A stretch of 59,420 nt of DNA from the NCBI GenBank assembly GCA_002633005.1, contig NMRA01000688.1, forward strand, positions 131,104 to 190,523. The letters run 5' to 3'. The first letter of the stretch is position 1, and every line of letters starts with the position of its first letter. The stretch comes from Phoronis australis. Lineage: Eukaryota; Animalia; Phoronida. Below are positions 25,213-39,700 of the stretch, in pieces. Below the pieces are notes generated by a model, which was not told the DNA's origin, did no database searches, and worked only from the letters and a program-made list of their open reading frames with translations. Position numbers and translations under genes: made by a program.

Positions 25213-27958
25213 AAAAGTGTTTCAACATTGGCAGGTTTCATTAATTTTCTGCTGTTTTGTACTGTGCAAATAATATGTGATATTTTAAAACGAAATGCGA
25301 CGAAATTTTCTTTTTGCTATCTGTGTAAACTGTTTTGATATTCAGATATGCTTTGTATATAATGCAACATAAATACCTGAAAATGGGTAAGCTCATTGAC
25401 GTACAAAGTATGATCTAAAAAGATTTATATTGTGGTGAATCCAAATTGTTCAGAATATGAGTATGTGCTCACAATCTTGATATGAAATAGCGTTAGTAAT
25501 CAAGAAGTAGAATTTTGTGACAACGAAGGATCTTTTAAGTGCGCCTTCACGCATGTGCACATGTCAAGCATGTACTAAACTCGACATGAATAAAAAGTAA
25601 ATTTAAAATGTTAGTTGTACATTCCGTGTGAACATCGAGTGGATAGTACTCGAAACACTTACGTTCTGCATCACTCAGCACATGAATGTGACGTCACCGT
25701 TTGGGCGTGTGTCCGTTTGGGTATGAAAACGCCTACATCGAACAAGGGAACAAATAGACATACATGCAAATAATCTCAACAGATTTACCCTCATTGAGAA
25801 CAGAGTCATATTTTACAGTGCACTTTCACTCATTTGCTCCATTCCTTGAAACTGTGCTATCATAAGAAGTTCGCTACTCGACATATCAAGGGTTTTTAAG
25901 CGATGCAGTCAACGATTCCATTGAAAAAATATGGCACTGAATGACTGATTATCGTTTGAAAGGGTTGACCTAACAATACAACTCATAGTTCTGCACAAGA
26001 ATATGACGAATCCTCCGGTGGTAACAGACGACCGTGAGTCGAGAGATCTGCGAGAGTGTTATGTTAATGACGAAGAAAGTAAAGTTCGCCAAAGGAAATC
26101 AACAAAGCAACTGGGGATATTCTGTGGAGTATCATTTATATCTTGCGCCTTTTCAGTTTCATAAAACAGTGACTCAAGAACCGAGTTGAAATGATGATTA
26201 AAAATCCGTAATTTGTGTAATCACAAATTGTCCTGTTACATGGATGAGTCTCTTGAAGTCATGGCTAGATCATTACCAGACTGCACCTGGATCATCTCGG
26301 GTATGTTCGTAGCAAATAATGAAATTAGGGTACGAAAATACCCGGATGTTCCAGATGCATGCATGCCTGCCTGCCGGTCAGTCTTAGAGCATAAAACTCA
26401 AAAGGTTTAAGAGGGATTTTCTTTCAGAAGATATTGGAAACCTAGGGTCAGAAATGTAATCAATCGATTACCTTCAGGATATGATCATGGAAGTTCACGG
26501 TCGACAACAAAATTTTAATTGCAAAACTTCGGGGACTGAAGCAAGTATAATGTGGCCAGTGGCTAGCCCTCATTCTCTGTTCTCAACCAATTGTGTGTAA
26601 GTTAACTTTATGTTAATTCTTTTGTTGATTTGGAATAAAAATGCGTTACTGACTACTACCCGATACATCAACACTGTGTTTATAAAGTTACAAGGTGTAG
26701 CCTCTACCTGCATTATTCGGGGGAACCTGGGATGCGTTTCATGGAACGATTTTTTACGAGTTTGGCGAAGTCACAGAATACCGCGCACATGAGTTGAAAA
26801 ACGAGTGTCTCGCGAATATACACTTAACTAACGTAGAAGTAATTTGGCCGCCACTGAGTTGGGCGGCGAGGCTGAATTGTTGATTTAACTTGCTATTTCC
26901 GTTCTGTGAGTCACGATTTCTCGTATAGTTACGGGATCAACGAGGACAATATTCGATGGGAGGAGTGTACCAATTGTAGATGAGCCGCTACAAAATTTTA
27001 GGTTTTTCATCAATTCAACAGGTCCAGTGGAAGAGACTTCCGCTCAAACAAAGCAAGGGATTGTCATTGGTTATGCCAACCTCTACTATATCGCTAGTTT
27101 CGGCTTTCATGCATGTGTGAGTTTTTATAAAAAGCGGCAACAAAACATTGAATGTCAACTTTTAATGAGTTCACTAATGAACAGAATTTTTAGAGTTCGA
27201 TATTTGATTCAGCGTTACGTTCTGTGGCAATAAAACGAACGAGAAAACTTAAAATAGCATCTATTCCTCTGCCGCCATCTTGGAGCTGCTACAACCCTAA
27301 CGAACTAATGTTCCATTTAGACCACTGAAAGGTGTCTCAACCTACTTATTCCTATCTCCAATTAGAGGAGATGTCGGAGCTTCAAAAGAAATGGCATTTG
27401 GGCATCAATTGTTCAAGGCAAAGTTGGTTGTCATGGTGGGTCATTATAGTACAAAACTGGCTTGGTCTCAAACACTGGCGAACCATCATTGAATTATATA
27501 AGTTCACAAATTATCCCTAATTCAATTAAGGAAAAAGTCAAAACAATTTTTATAACCCGCGAAAATGGTCTTATTCAAAAGATTATTTCTTTAGTGGAAG
27601 GCGGGATCTATATCAGCTTTTTAAGAGCAAACTCTAGGGAAGCTTCTCTATTTCTGTGCTTTGGACTGGTTACACGCAGCTTTCAGGAACGGCTGTTGGC
27701 TAAATTTTCCTTATGCGGATGATAATCTTTTTGCGCTAGTGGGTCCCATTCTATAAATTTCTCAAAATGTATACACGATTCACATTCCATTCGCAGCTTA
27801 ATGTTGAACATACTGCTTTTCAACTTTTTTAAAAGACGAGGGTCACTGGATGTACTACATTTGTTTAAAAATTCTACTCATACTTCTGTAAATGCTGTGG
27901 TTACAAATTGGATCAATTATTCTTTTGTAGTAACCCAGTCAGTGCTCCCGAAGTAAAG

Positions 27959-27960
<2 letters not shown>

Positions 27961-27997
<37 letters not shown>
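27961..27997. repeat. (AT)n microsatellite
   Basis: Directly visible. Confidence 0.95.
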
Positions 27998-27998
<1 letters not shown>

Positions 27999-28099
27999 TA
28001 AGAGAACTATGCAGATCCGGGGCATTTTTATATATGAGACCTTTACTGTGGGGTTGCAAAAAATTGTGGGGTATATATAATGCCCCACAATTTCAGACC

Positions 28100-28322
28100 T
28101 GTCAGAAACTGTTCTTTGGTATGCACAGTGCCTCCACGTGTATTCTCTCAACAACTTGGTTTCATCACCACATCCTATATATACTCTGTGCAGTCTCTCC
28201 CAAAAGATGTCACTGTTATTATGAGTGTCCTGCTACAGAGTGCCATATGTGACCTACATTGTTATACTGTTATGTAATGGCCATGGAGGATATTAAGTTA
28301 CTTGACCTAACACTGCAACAAG
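28100..28322 (-). pseudogene. Decayed DDE (Harbinger/ISL2EU-type) transposase C-terminal fragment
   Basis: Minus-strand pieces LNILHGHYITV (cf. L..L..GD.+.AD), ALCSRTLII and RIHVE (cf. RIHVER). Confidence 0.4.
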
Positions 28323-28845
28323 NNNNNNNNNNNNNNNNNNNNNNNNNNNNNNNNNNNNNNNNNNNNNNNNNNNNNNNNNNNNNNNNNNNNNNNNNNNNNN
28401 NNNNNNNNNNNNNNNNNNNNNNNNNNNNNNNNNNNNNNNNNNNNNNNNNNNNNNNNNNNNNNNNNNNNNNNNNNNNNNNNNNNNNNNNNNNNNNNNNNNN
28501 NNNNNNNNNNNNNNNNNNNNNNNNNNNNNNNNNNNNNNNNNNNNNNNNNNNNNNNNNNNNNNNNNNNNNNNNNNNNNNNNNNNNNNNNNNNNNNNNNNNN
28601 NNNNNNNNNNNNNNNNNNNNNNNNNNNNNNNNNNNNNNNNNNNNNNNNNNNNNNNNNNNNNNNNNNNNNNNNNNNNNNNNNNNNNNNNNNNNNNNNNNNN
28701 NNNNNNNNNNNNNNNNNNNNNNNNNNNNNNNNNNNNNNNNNNNNNNNNNNNNNNNNNNNNNNNNNNNNNNNNNNNNNNNNNNNNNNNNNNNNNNNNNNNN
28801 NNNNNNNNNNNNNNNNNNNNNNNNNNNNNNNNNNNNNNNNNNNNN
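28323..28845. other. Assembly gap (523 N)
   Basis: Run of N. Confidence 1.
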
Positions 28846-30899
28846 ATTTCACAACTTTTCAGGAAACCATTTAGTCATAATATTGATTTCATTGTACGTG
28901 TGCTCTGTGTAGAACCAGCGACACTACTGATATTTGAATGTATCGAGACTTCCAAGAAGTCCATTTGTTTTCCTTAAAAATTTTGCACTTCTCTACTGTA
29001 GGGGATGCATAATTTAACTGCCTGCCATACGCTCTGGGATTTGAAGAAAACGAATAGCTTGGAGGTTCCGTGAATGTCTCAAACCGGAGTTTACACACTG
29101 ACCTCGACTGAGTTGACTAACTGGATTTCACACAGCCATTTGGATTTGTTTATATCGTTCAGATCCTGGGTTATACATACTTTCGCAAATTGATTAATGG
29201 ACAATTCAAAGGAGAATTTCCCCGCTTTTTACCACGCTTATCCGATCTCGATTTGTTGCCGAATTAGAGGACAACTCAAGTCACAGGCAATACAGGGCTG
29301 CATGCGCAATTTTAGGTCTGGTCATTTGCAATAAGCTCTGAAGCGTTTTTTGTTTCGAGCCGCTGATGGTTTTGATGTACTAGTTGGTAACGGAAATCAA
29401 AATCTTATCAGATAAGAGTTATTAATAGAACGATTTTATGAGTTTGAGTGAGTTAATTCAGATTTTGGTTTTTGGCAGCTTAATACTTGGAAAATGATAG
29501 CAGTCAAATTCTAAAATCGGGGCATGCAAACATTTGTTGCCTCAAGGTACACTGGGACTGTAGCTCATGATTTATGCATATTGCAGTCGTTTTCACAACA
29601 GCCTTCACTCAACTACTTGCATCATTTGGATAGACACAACTCTCGCGGCCATAGACCTGCCTCTTACCACAGAAACCATCTTATGATTTGACATGGACCT
29701 CTGTAGTCAAAATACTGTGACTGGCTTCAGTTTGTTAATACTTGAGAGAAGACTCTATAACTTGACTTGTCTCGGGGTGACATTTTATTCACCGAGCATT
29801 CTCTCGAACAACATCGCACGGTCAGTTCTTTCAAGACTGAAGCACTTCTCAGCGGAATAGGGAACAAGTTGACGCCAATTTCATAGCGGCAAATGAGTCT
29901 AAATAAAAATTTGGTTTCTTCGATTGAACACCGGTTTATTCCTAAATTTATTTCAAAAATGCCTTGACAAATTCCGTCTGGACAGCGACACCTCAGATGA
30001 CTTGTTTAGATGACTGCAGGCCGATGGTAGGTGGCAGGTGTCACTCAATAATTTGCAGGCGTCAGGGTGAAACCGTGACAACTGAGCATATAGGGTTGGT
30101 AGACACGTAACCCGTCTGTAAATAAGTATTCCCAGACACGTTCCACAAGGTTGTTAAACTGTGGAACACGATTTTGCCCAAATATTGCAAATTAAAATCG
30201 TACTTGGGCAAGTCCTGCATTAAAATACAGTACCAGTTCCTGATGAAAACAGAAAAAGTATTAAGTTAATGAAAGAAGTCGACAGTGTACGCAAAATGTC
30301 AACATTTTCCACACACATGCCTTGCTCTCGACGCTATCTTGTCTCTGAGTAATACTGCCAAACGTTTATGTCACGATTTGAGAAAAGATGTCAACAGTGA
30401 ACCTATTGACCTAGTTTGTACTTGAATCCATTGGTTGATTTAGAAGCGAGACCGACCCTCGAGATCTTATCCTGGCGGAACCGGAAACAGACGTGGAGTC
30501 GCCATTTTGCAGGTGGTCTTTTTATTGACAAATTTCTTTAATTTTGGGTTGCTAATTCTTGTACAAGAAACGTGAACAGAACAGAGGATGACCATTGTAT
30601 AATCCAGGCATGTTTTTAAACTATTGTGAAGGTCGCACATTCGACATTTCGTCAAATTTCTTTGACAACAGCCGCTTGCAAAATTTGCAAGCAAAGGCGA
30701 AAAAGTCAGCACTTTTGAATAGCAGTGGTTTGTGACTGAAGGTCGGGGGTAGGGGCAAGTCGAGAAAAGAAAGACACAACGAAACACGTCGAAGAGAGAA
30801 AGCGTAAAATAGCATTTGTCAACTACCAGTGTTGGATTTACATTTTGGAGCCGTGATCAGAACATTTTTTGTGAGGGCCATCGTTTTTGCAGTATAGAT

Positions 30900-31340
30900 T
30901 GTCTAATCGTGCTCCTAAACATACACATTAAGAGTGACAACACATGTTTTTGGCACCCACATGAAGTGAATTTCATAAACAGGATTCCCCAACTGCAAAT
31001 GCGCGTAACGCGTTCGGGTCTGAAAGTGACCCCTTCTTGCGGTAATAGGTTCTTGTCGTTTGCTCCTAACAGCAAAATCCACACGCTCATGGAAGGGGTT
31101 CCTGCAAAACTTGCGACCAATGGTGGGGGCGTGATCTTGACAACTAACATATACATATACGCAGGACAAAATTGCAGACAAAATGCATAAACAAAAAGCA
31201 ACATAATTCTGATATCTAAAAGCCGCCTCTGAAACCAATTTTTTAGACTTGTACATTCGTACTGTATAATCTGCCTGTCGTTCACTTATTCTGGGCAGAA
31301 GATATAGTCCACACAAACTTGTGTGACTGTTGCTAGCCAT
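30900..31340 (-). pseudogene. Decayed THAP domain of the extended 'YxLxxW...PPF' type
   Basis: MYK/LKNW ... PPPLVASF ... WILLL..NDK.....G.TFRP...TRICS ... NP, assembled across frames. Confidence 0.45.
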
Positions 31341-32667
31341 ATACGTCATTTTTTACACATTCCTGCTATGCGAAAGACACAGTATTTAGTCTGCGTTTCA
31401 AACACGTCTTGTGTTTTTACAACGTTACGTTGGACAACTACATAGCTAATTAGGAAGTCGTCGAAAATTATCACGTTTGCCCGTTTACAGAATACAGTGT
31501 TAAAGTTGCTTATTACCATCTTACAAACGAGTAATGTGGACAAACAAGCGCAGCGATGTTCCAAGCAATGTTAGGGGAAATAATTTTTGACAACTTACGG
31601 AAAAACAACAATTCGAACAGCTGTTCCTGGCCAAATCCATTAGGAAGTGCGTCTCAGCAGCTGTTTATTCGATACGTCATCCAAAACGTTTGTCACGGCG
31701 GGTCACCGTTTTATGCGCCGAGCGTTATCTCAAGTAGTAATGAAATGCTAGGTCTTTGCAAATTTCTCATCTGATTCAGGAACAAGTTGGGAGCAATTTC
31801 AATGCGGCTAAGTGATCTAAATCAAAAGTTCACTTTTGGAACGGAACGTCGGTTTACATCGGCTTAATGTGCAAAATGCTACTATTCATTTCTTGCGCGA
31901 ATTCGCCTTTTATTATGCTTGAAAACGAAGGTGTATCCAAACTACATATAGATTCTTCATGTTTGGAACACGTGCGCTTTCATGTTTGCATTTTTAAAGT
32001 TGATGCTGAAACGAGGCATCGTGTCATAAACAACAATGTACAACAACCATTTTTGCAGCGCCACCAAAGTGTGCAAGTAGTCATTGAATTCTGACCAATC
32101 ACGTGCGATCACCATAGGCAACCAGAGCCAATTAAACGTCATTACAATGTAGCGCGGTTAGAAGGCAATGATGAGAAGACAACTCAGTTAGCTGACGCGA
32201 GATATTTATTCACATGTTGGACCAGACATGCGACGGCATGTCAGCGCCGTATTAGTGTGTATCCCTAACTTCTGATCACGGTATCTCGACCATTTTCAAT
32301 GTGTTCAATTTGGAAAAAAATGCTCCATACTCAATTTCGACAGCACTCATTTATGTAAACCACGTTTGACAAGCCAGATGGCACCACAGACAGTGGAATA
32401 GTTCTCGCTCACTTAAGTCAAATATGCTGGTGGACAGAACTGGATGATTTGTCCTCGACGCCGCTGTAAAACTGCTTTTCATTGGCCAGGTGTATTCTTG
32501 AAATAAACCAACACCCACGCACCATTGTTCGTACTTAATGGATAATTTCTTAGGTGATAAGTTTTGTATGTATCTTTGCGTTTGATTGGACGAGACTGAT
32601 GCCAAAAACCCGGAACACAGTTTCTGTTCAGTCGAGTGCATACACGGTTTCATGCAGTTCTGTTTAG

Positions 32668-32736
32668 TCTGCGTGAGCTGATCTACAGCAGAGATCCCGC
32701 TTTGAAGAAATAGACTTTGGATAGTTGTAGCTACAG
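32668..32736 (+). other. Putative non-coding 5'UTR exon of VWA gene B
   Basis: ttctgtttag| ... cag|gtaagact. Aligns with 12058-12128. Confidence 0.55.
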
Positions 32737-33681
32737 GTAAGACTTTAGGTTAATATTTTATCAGTTACCGTTTTTGGGAAAGTCAATCTCAATCGAAGTA
32801 TCGGTCAGAGTGGACCGTTTTTGGTCAGCGTGGACCACTATTTTACGGCTTTGATGATTAAAATCACTTCGTCGTATAACAGCATTATTTTGTGCCTTAC
32901 CGTATTCACGTATGCGAGCATTTAGGACCGTGTGTTCATAGGGCTTATTAGAAATAGTGCTTGGCGTTTTCTATATAGGCGCATGCGCCTGCACTCCACT
33001 TGTTGGCAAACGCAGCTAACATAACATAATTTCCATCTAGTGAAATGTAACGGAGTAATTGAGATTTAGAAATTGGTGTGCTATTGAAAAGGCCACATAG
33101 AGCGTTCTCATGTGACGCTGTTCCAGTTAAAATGACACAAAAATGAAGTCGGTGCCCATCAATTTTTGCATCATATTCCACAGACAATGCTATTGGCTTC
33201 AAAATAAAGCATAAAAAATGAAAAATTAAATGGTAAAACTTTTGGTCTGGAAGCCAAACGCTGAAATTAGAGGCACTTAAAATCCAGAAAAAGTTTTCTT
33301 ATGCCGATGCGAGAAAATCAGCTAACAGGGGAATATAATTGAAGTCAAAACATGAAACTGAAATCGTAAATCGAAACAAATCTGTTTTGAATCATTGATT
33401 TAATTAGTGGCTTTTCAGTAACCCATGAAAATTTCTCATTTTGCCGCATACGCTTTTATTTAGGCGGCTGTAGCGGAAAACTAAATTCGGTGAGCTCCAC
33501 ATGTTTTACAAATCTGCAAACAAATATAAAAATGATTTAAAAAAAAATTCAAGGATAAAGCTGTGTCAAAAATATCTCGTGACGTTGTCAAGTTGCGGAG
33601 AAATCTGTCATGTTCATCTGCGTTGCATGATTTAAGATTTTCATTATCTACTTTCTAATTTTCTAGGTGCCCATCAAGACC

Positions 33682-33708
33682 ATGGAGTCTTTTGTTTGGT
33701 TGTCTATG
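33682..33708 (+). CDS. Gene B coding exon 1 (MESFVWLSM)
   Basis: ttttctag|gtgcccatcaagaccATG...atg|gtgagt. Confidence 0.8.
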
Positions 33709-36700
33709 GTGAGTGTATTTAAAGTGCATAATTTTCTCGTGTGTTTGAAAACGAATTTTTGACATGCATTGTATTTCCTTTAACATTATTTTTCTGTGCG
33801 CGATGATATACTATTACACCTCTCCTGAAAATGATACCATCAGTGGAGGTTTAACTGCATTCATAGAATTTTGGAAGTTCGTTGAAGTTTTATAGCCTTA
33901 AATATGCACTTTCTGTGCCACCATAAACCATGCTAAGTTCTTATCGTCCTTTAAATTGAAACAGGTGATAAATAATCGTTTTGGATTTCCCATGGAGATC
34001 ACACTGTCTAAGCGACTGAAATCATCCCCCTGAGAAAAGCAATTTATGGGACCAGTGAGTTCATCCACAAATCAATTTTACTCTGAGTGAGGAAGAAGGT
34101 GAGACTGATTTAATAACATGGAATGGTCTAAATTAAAAGTTATTTCGAGGTTAGCCCTGGAAAGTCCGGTGCAATTGCCCTTCTATAAGTTGCTAAATGT
34201 AAACCTAAATATCGTTCACTACAATCACTGGGTTATTATTCTGTGCTCGCTCACGCTGCGAAAAACAAACCGGAAAACTATTGTTGGTGATGCTGCCAAT
34301 TTCCGGTAAGGTAAAATATAATCGAATCAACAAAAATGAGAGCCACTGATATTGTTGGCTTTTAAGTGAGTAACACATTATAAAACAATACAATAACTCG
34401 CTCGATTTAAATGTACAGTTGGCAACGTCTCAGGATCTAGAATATCGCAACTCCCGGATATATAATGTAGGAAAGCACGGACGTATGCAGCTACGCATAA
34501 ACAGAAGAACATGAGTTTGTAAATATCGCCGCGTCCAATCGCGTAATTATTCACAGCGTTACTCACCTGGGAACACGTCAAGCACAGCGTTTCGACGGTA
34601 CCTTGCCAGCCCCGGGCCCTCTGAAAGTTGCAATCGCCAACGCAACAGAAAGGAAACCTCGCTGGTTCCCTGCGTGCTTAGTCCAGCCAGCACGCAGGTA
34701 TCACGCAGTGGCACGCGCTTTAGCATTGGTCGATGTAACCTCGGCAGTCATCGGTTAGCTTTACAACATCGTGAAAAAATGGCGGACTGTGAACGATTTT
34801 TAGCCTTGTCATGGAAGTGGCGTCGCGGCATCTATTTCGTTTCTGCAGTGATGTTTAATAGCCGCGTGCTTAAAGCACATACATGTACAATAAACACATA
34901 TCTGGCCGATTTAACCGGTGTGTTATTCATACTGTATAATACAGGACACTATCTTAAACAAAAGTCATCGACAGTAGAAAGATGCATTCCGAAAAGGCGC
35001 AATCACAATTTCTAGGCTTCACATTTCCTGAACATAAATTTTAAGCACCGATTTGTCTGTACAACAGACCACATTAATTTTACACTTCAGTCTATCAGTC
35101 ATGTCAGTTTGTTTGCGTAAAGCGCTGTCTGTTGAGAATTCGACTAGCCAATCAGAAACGCCGGTGTAAAATATTTCCCGAGGAAAATATGTGATACATG
35201 CGTGCTGGCGCGGCTACCGCCCCACCTAGCGGCACGCAGGGAACCAGCGAGAAAGGAAACTTGTACTGAACCAAGCGAAGCAGCTCGAAGACAGCCCGGA
35301 AGACGCATACAAGAAAATTAACGTAAAGAAAGATATTCATCTCCCAATCAGGAAGGAATTCGGAAGATTGCACCAAGTTGAGAGAGACGAAAAGAACAAA
35401 CCCGTAAATCATGGGAGAAATGTTTCATACGGCCATGCTACACGTTCTGTTTTGGTTGACAATATCGTGGTTGATAAGTTCAAACCTGTGTAGACGAACT
35501 CAAAATACTTTCTTTGAACATCAATGGTATAACTTCTAATCTCACACCTTATTCACAAAAATTGGTCATTTTTATAATATTTCACATATGTCTAGCAAAA
35601 TAGCTTATCTTCATTCTCAGGGAACTTCAAGTACGAAATATATACCGTGTAGCAATAAAAAAAGATTTAGCCTTGGAACCGAATTTGTACCTGTTCCTGC
35701 TCCTCTGAGCTCGGTCTTACTAGTGAATGTATACAGGGGAGTGAATGAGAACCTGGATATAATGCGATAAGGATTTCTGAGGCTGTGTTCATATTTTTAA
35801 AACCAGAATTTGTAAGCTCAGTTCAAATAAAGCAGCTGGTACTGACGTGCTGCCACCTGGCATACTTCTAAGTAAGTGTTGGGCGACGACTAGATTGCCT
35901 TGCTCACAAAGTTGCTTAACGATGTGTTTAATGGCGAGTACCCAGAGTAGAGGCGCCAATTGAAGATGTTTTAATATCCACAAAAAAAAGGAAACAGGCT
36001 CGACCCCACAAATTATCGGGATATCAGCATCATTAATCTTCTCGCAAAAGTGTACGACTCTTTACTTGCGAATCATTTCTTGTGGTATCGTCCGAGTTTA
36101 GAGCAGGCTGGTGCTCAGAAAGTCAGGAATTGCGAAGAACAAATACTCACAACCAGACTCTCAATTGATATTGCAAAGAAATTGAAAGAAAATTAGACAT
36201 AGCTTTCATTGACTATGAAAAGGCATATGGCAAAATCAACAGGAAGCTTCTGCTCCAACAATTAAAAGATAAAGGGTGTGGTAAACATTTTAGAGGGCAA
36301 TGTCCTAGTCGTTATGCTCAACCGTGTGCAATATTGGTGAGCAAAATTTCATAGCCAACCGCGGTGTGAAACAGGGTGGAAGTACAAGTTGTCCCCTCCC
36401 CCCTCCCTTCCAACCTATTTATCGATGTCACTGTAGACGCAGTCAACGCAACTGAACTCGATGTATGGCTGCAGCAGATGCACTGTCTGTTATTTACGGA
36501 TGACACTGTAGCGTTTGCCTCATTAAGAGACAAATTGCTGGAAANGACCATGCTACACGTTCTGTTTTGGTTGACAATATCGTGGTTGATAAGTTCAAAC
36601 CTGTGTAGACGAACTCAAAATACTTTCTTTGGACATCAATGGTATAACTTCTAATCTCACACCTTATTCACAAAAATTGGTCATTTTTATAATACTTCAC

Positions 36701-39700
36701 ATATGTCTAGCAAAGTAGCTTATCTTCATTCTCAGGGAACTTCAAGTACGAAATATATACCGTGTAGCAATAAAAAAAGATTTAGCCTTGGAACCGAATT
36801 TGTACCTGTTCCTGCTCCTCTGAGCTCGGTCTTACTGGTGAGTTTATACAGGGGAGTGAATGAGAACCTGGATATAATACGATAAGGATTTCTGGGGCTG
36901 TGTTCATATTTTTAAAACCAGAATTTGTAAGCTCAGTTCAAATAAAGCAGCTGGTACTGACGTGCTGCCACCTGGCATACTTCTAAGTAAGTGTTGGGCG
37001 ACGACTAGATTGCCTTGCTCACAAAGTTGCTTAACGATGTGTTTAATGGCGAGTACCCAGAATAGAGGCGCCAATTGAAGATGTTTAATATCCACAAAAA
37101 AGGAAACAGGCTCGACCACACAAATTATCGGGATATCAGCATCATGAATCTTCTCGCAAAAGTGTAGGACTCTTTACTTGCGAATCATTTCTTGTGGTAG
37201 CGTCCGAGTTTAGAGCAGGCTGGTGCTCAGAAAGTCAGGAATTGCGAAGAACAAATACTCACAACCAGACTCTCAATTGATATTGCAAAGAAATTGAAAG
37301 AAAAATTAGACATAGCTTTCATTGACTATGAAAAGGAATATGGCAAAATCAACAGGAAGCGTCTGCTCCTACAACTAAAAGATAAATGGTGTGGTAAACG
37401 TTTTAGAGGGCAATATCCGAGTCGTTATGCTCAACCGTGTGCAATATTGGTGAGCAAAATTTCATAGCCAACCGCGGTGTGAAACAGGGTGGAAGTACAA
37501 GTTGTCCCCTCCCCCCTCCCTTCCAACCTATTTATCGATGTCACTGTAGACGCAGTCAACGCAACTGAACTCGATGTATGGCTGCAGCAGATGCACTGTC
37601 TGTTATTTACGGATGACACTGTAGCGTTTGCCTCATTAAGAGACAAATTGCTGGAAAAACGTACAGTCCTCAAAAATTGCGCTGACGAGATTGGCCTGAT
37701 AATCCATCCAACCAAATCAAAATTTATGACTGTCAACTGAGAAGACCACAGAGTAGTCATCCATTTCGGAAACGTGAAAATCACTCATAACGATACTTAC
37801 TGTTACCTTGACGTTATTATTTCTACCACTGTGTCTCAACAATTACGATTGCATGCCAGAGAGAAAAGACGTCATTTGTTAAAACCCTGCGCTTTTTTGT
37901 TTGAGAAAAATGACGCCACGTTTTGATGAAAAAATCTGTCTGAAATGCGTGTGTAACAATGTTACTAATATCCGCTGTATTGTATGGTTGCGAAACGTGG
38001 CTTTGTCCCACGAGAACTCAGACTCATTGAATGTGGTGAGGATCATTAAGTCAGAGGAACATGTGTAACAAGTCGGATCTTCAAAGAACACCAAAATGTG
38101 TATTTCACCTTACACATACATTGCAGTTCAGTTCGAAATTGGATACGCTCAATCCATATTTGCCAAAGAAGGAGGGAAACTCACCTTCTCTGACTGAGCC
38201 TGTCGCTTGTGAAGTGCCCGACATACAGCCACGCATGCCCACGTAACAAAGGCGCACTGCGACGCAACAAAGACATGCGGCATAAGAATAAATGAGCAAT
38301 AATAACAAAATACACTTACAGTTACTAACGTCCCGTCACACGTATATTACTTTTTTGCCCTCTAACAATATCAGAACTGCTTTAGTCGTCAACGTACAGG
38401 ACCATAAGTTCACCCGACAAACAAATAGCAACCTACATAACTGAAGTCATGAAATTTTTCGGACGATAGGCTTTATTCGTTTGTTCTTTTTTAATAGGCC
38501 TATGTTTGTTTCGTTGGACTAACTTAAAACTACTACATTCTGAGAATGCTGGAGGGACAAAGAGCCAAAAGCGGAACAGTTGGCAACTATGTTTAATGTC
38601 ATGCTACACGTCTTGAAATATAACACTGGCTGTACTTGATGCACTTCGCCGATTTCGCCATCTCAACTGACTAAGACATCTGATTGGTTTGTAATCCGGA
38701 AGTTGTCATCGAGAACTAGTCAAAAAGATGTTAGGCGGTTGACCCAGCAGAACCCTCGAAGTGAGTCAAAAGCAGCAACTCCTAACATTCGTTAGCTGTA
38801 TAGAACATGTAAATGCTTTCGTCATGTGTTTGGTAACCCCAATGTTTGTTTTCTTGTAGATCGTAATACTTACACAGGCCAACGCAATTGAACGTAAGTT
38901 AGCTCCCAATCACATTTTTATCATTTCTCTTCATTTAGGCAAAACACACGTCATACATAAAGTCGATGGACCCGAGTTTTCACGAATAATACTTGTTAAC
39001 TTCAAATTAAGCCGATTTTTTGTGTAAAAGACCTCGAAACGAATCATGATTGACTCCTAAACAATTGCCAATCATATGCTAATAACCAGACCGCGTTCAT
39101 GAGGTTCATTCTTCACTTTTCGACAATGGCACCGCTTGAGACCTAGCGAGAGGTGCTAACCAAATTGTGTAACCTCGAAAGCGAGAAACAGGGGGACTGA
39201 CTTTCACTGACTGAGTGAGTCAACAAGGAAAAAACTACGAAATAACGTTATAACACGGTGACGATCGAAAGGTCGAATGCGCTGCAGTCCAGGAGAAACT
39301 GGAAGTGAAAGCGAAGAGCGAACTTTCCAAGGTTTTGTATTGGATGGATAAGACATTTCACTAATTACAATTCAGTAATGTGAGGAACATTATCGATCGT
39401 CGAGGTCAGTAATATTTCAGTTTCCATCTCCTCTTGCTAAATTTTTCTCTGTCATATCCCGGTGCCCTTGTTTCTGATCGACTCCGAGTCCGGCAATTGC
39501 TTAACCAGGACTTATGCAGTACTATCCAACACTATATGATATAACACGCGACCTGCACTGAGTGCGTTGTAGAAAAAAAGTAGTCGATATTTCATTTGAG
39601 TGAAAGTACCTAGAGGGTTGCCGATTAACATACGCATTGTTTTCGATTATTTAGCCAAGAAAAAAATATTATCAGGATGGCTAATTGGACACACATTTGA

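Larger units (their letters stand above)
34400..38100 (+). mobile_element. Decayed non-LTR retrotransposon (ORF1 C-terminus, APE start, RT; Proto2/RTEX-like) in coding intron 1 of gene B
   Basis: ORF1 ...KKDIHLPIRKEFGRL...VVDKFKPV*. ORF2 start LKILSLNINGI. RT motifs KKGN...P.NYRDISI, EQAGAQK, AFIDYEKAY, GVKQGG and LLFTDDTV. Frameshifted and internally deleted. Confidence 0.88.

Noticed and set aside
28259-28912. Long ORFs spanning 28259-28912
   Set aside because: Artefact of the N gap.
25041-33682. Genes A and B as one four-VWA gene
   Set aside because: A ends in a stop codon with a poly(A) signal, and B has its own promoter-like region, ATG and signal peptide.
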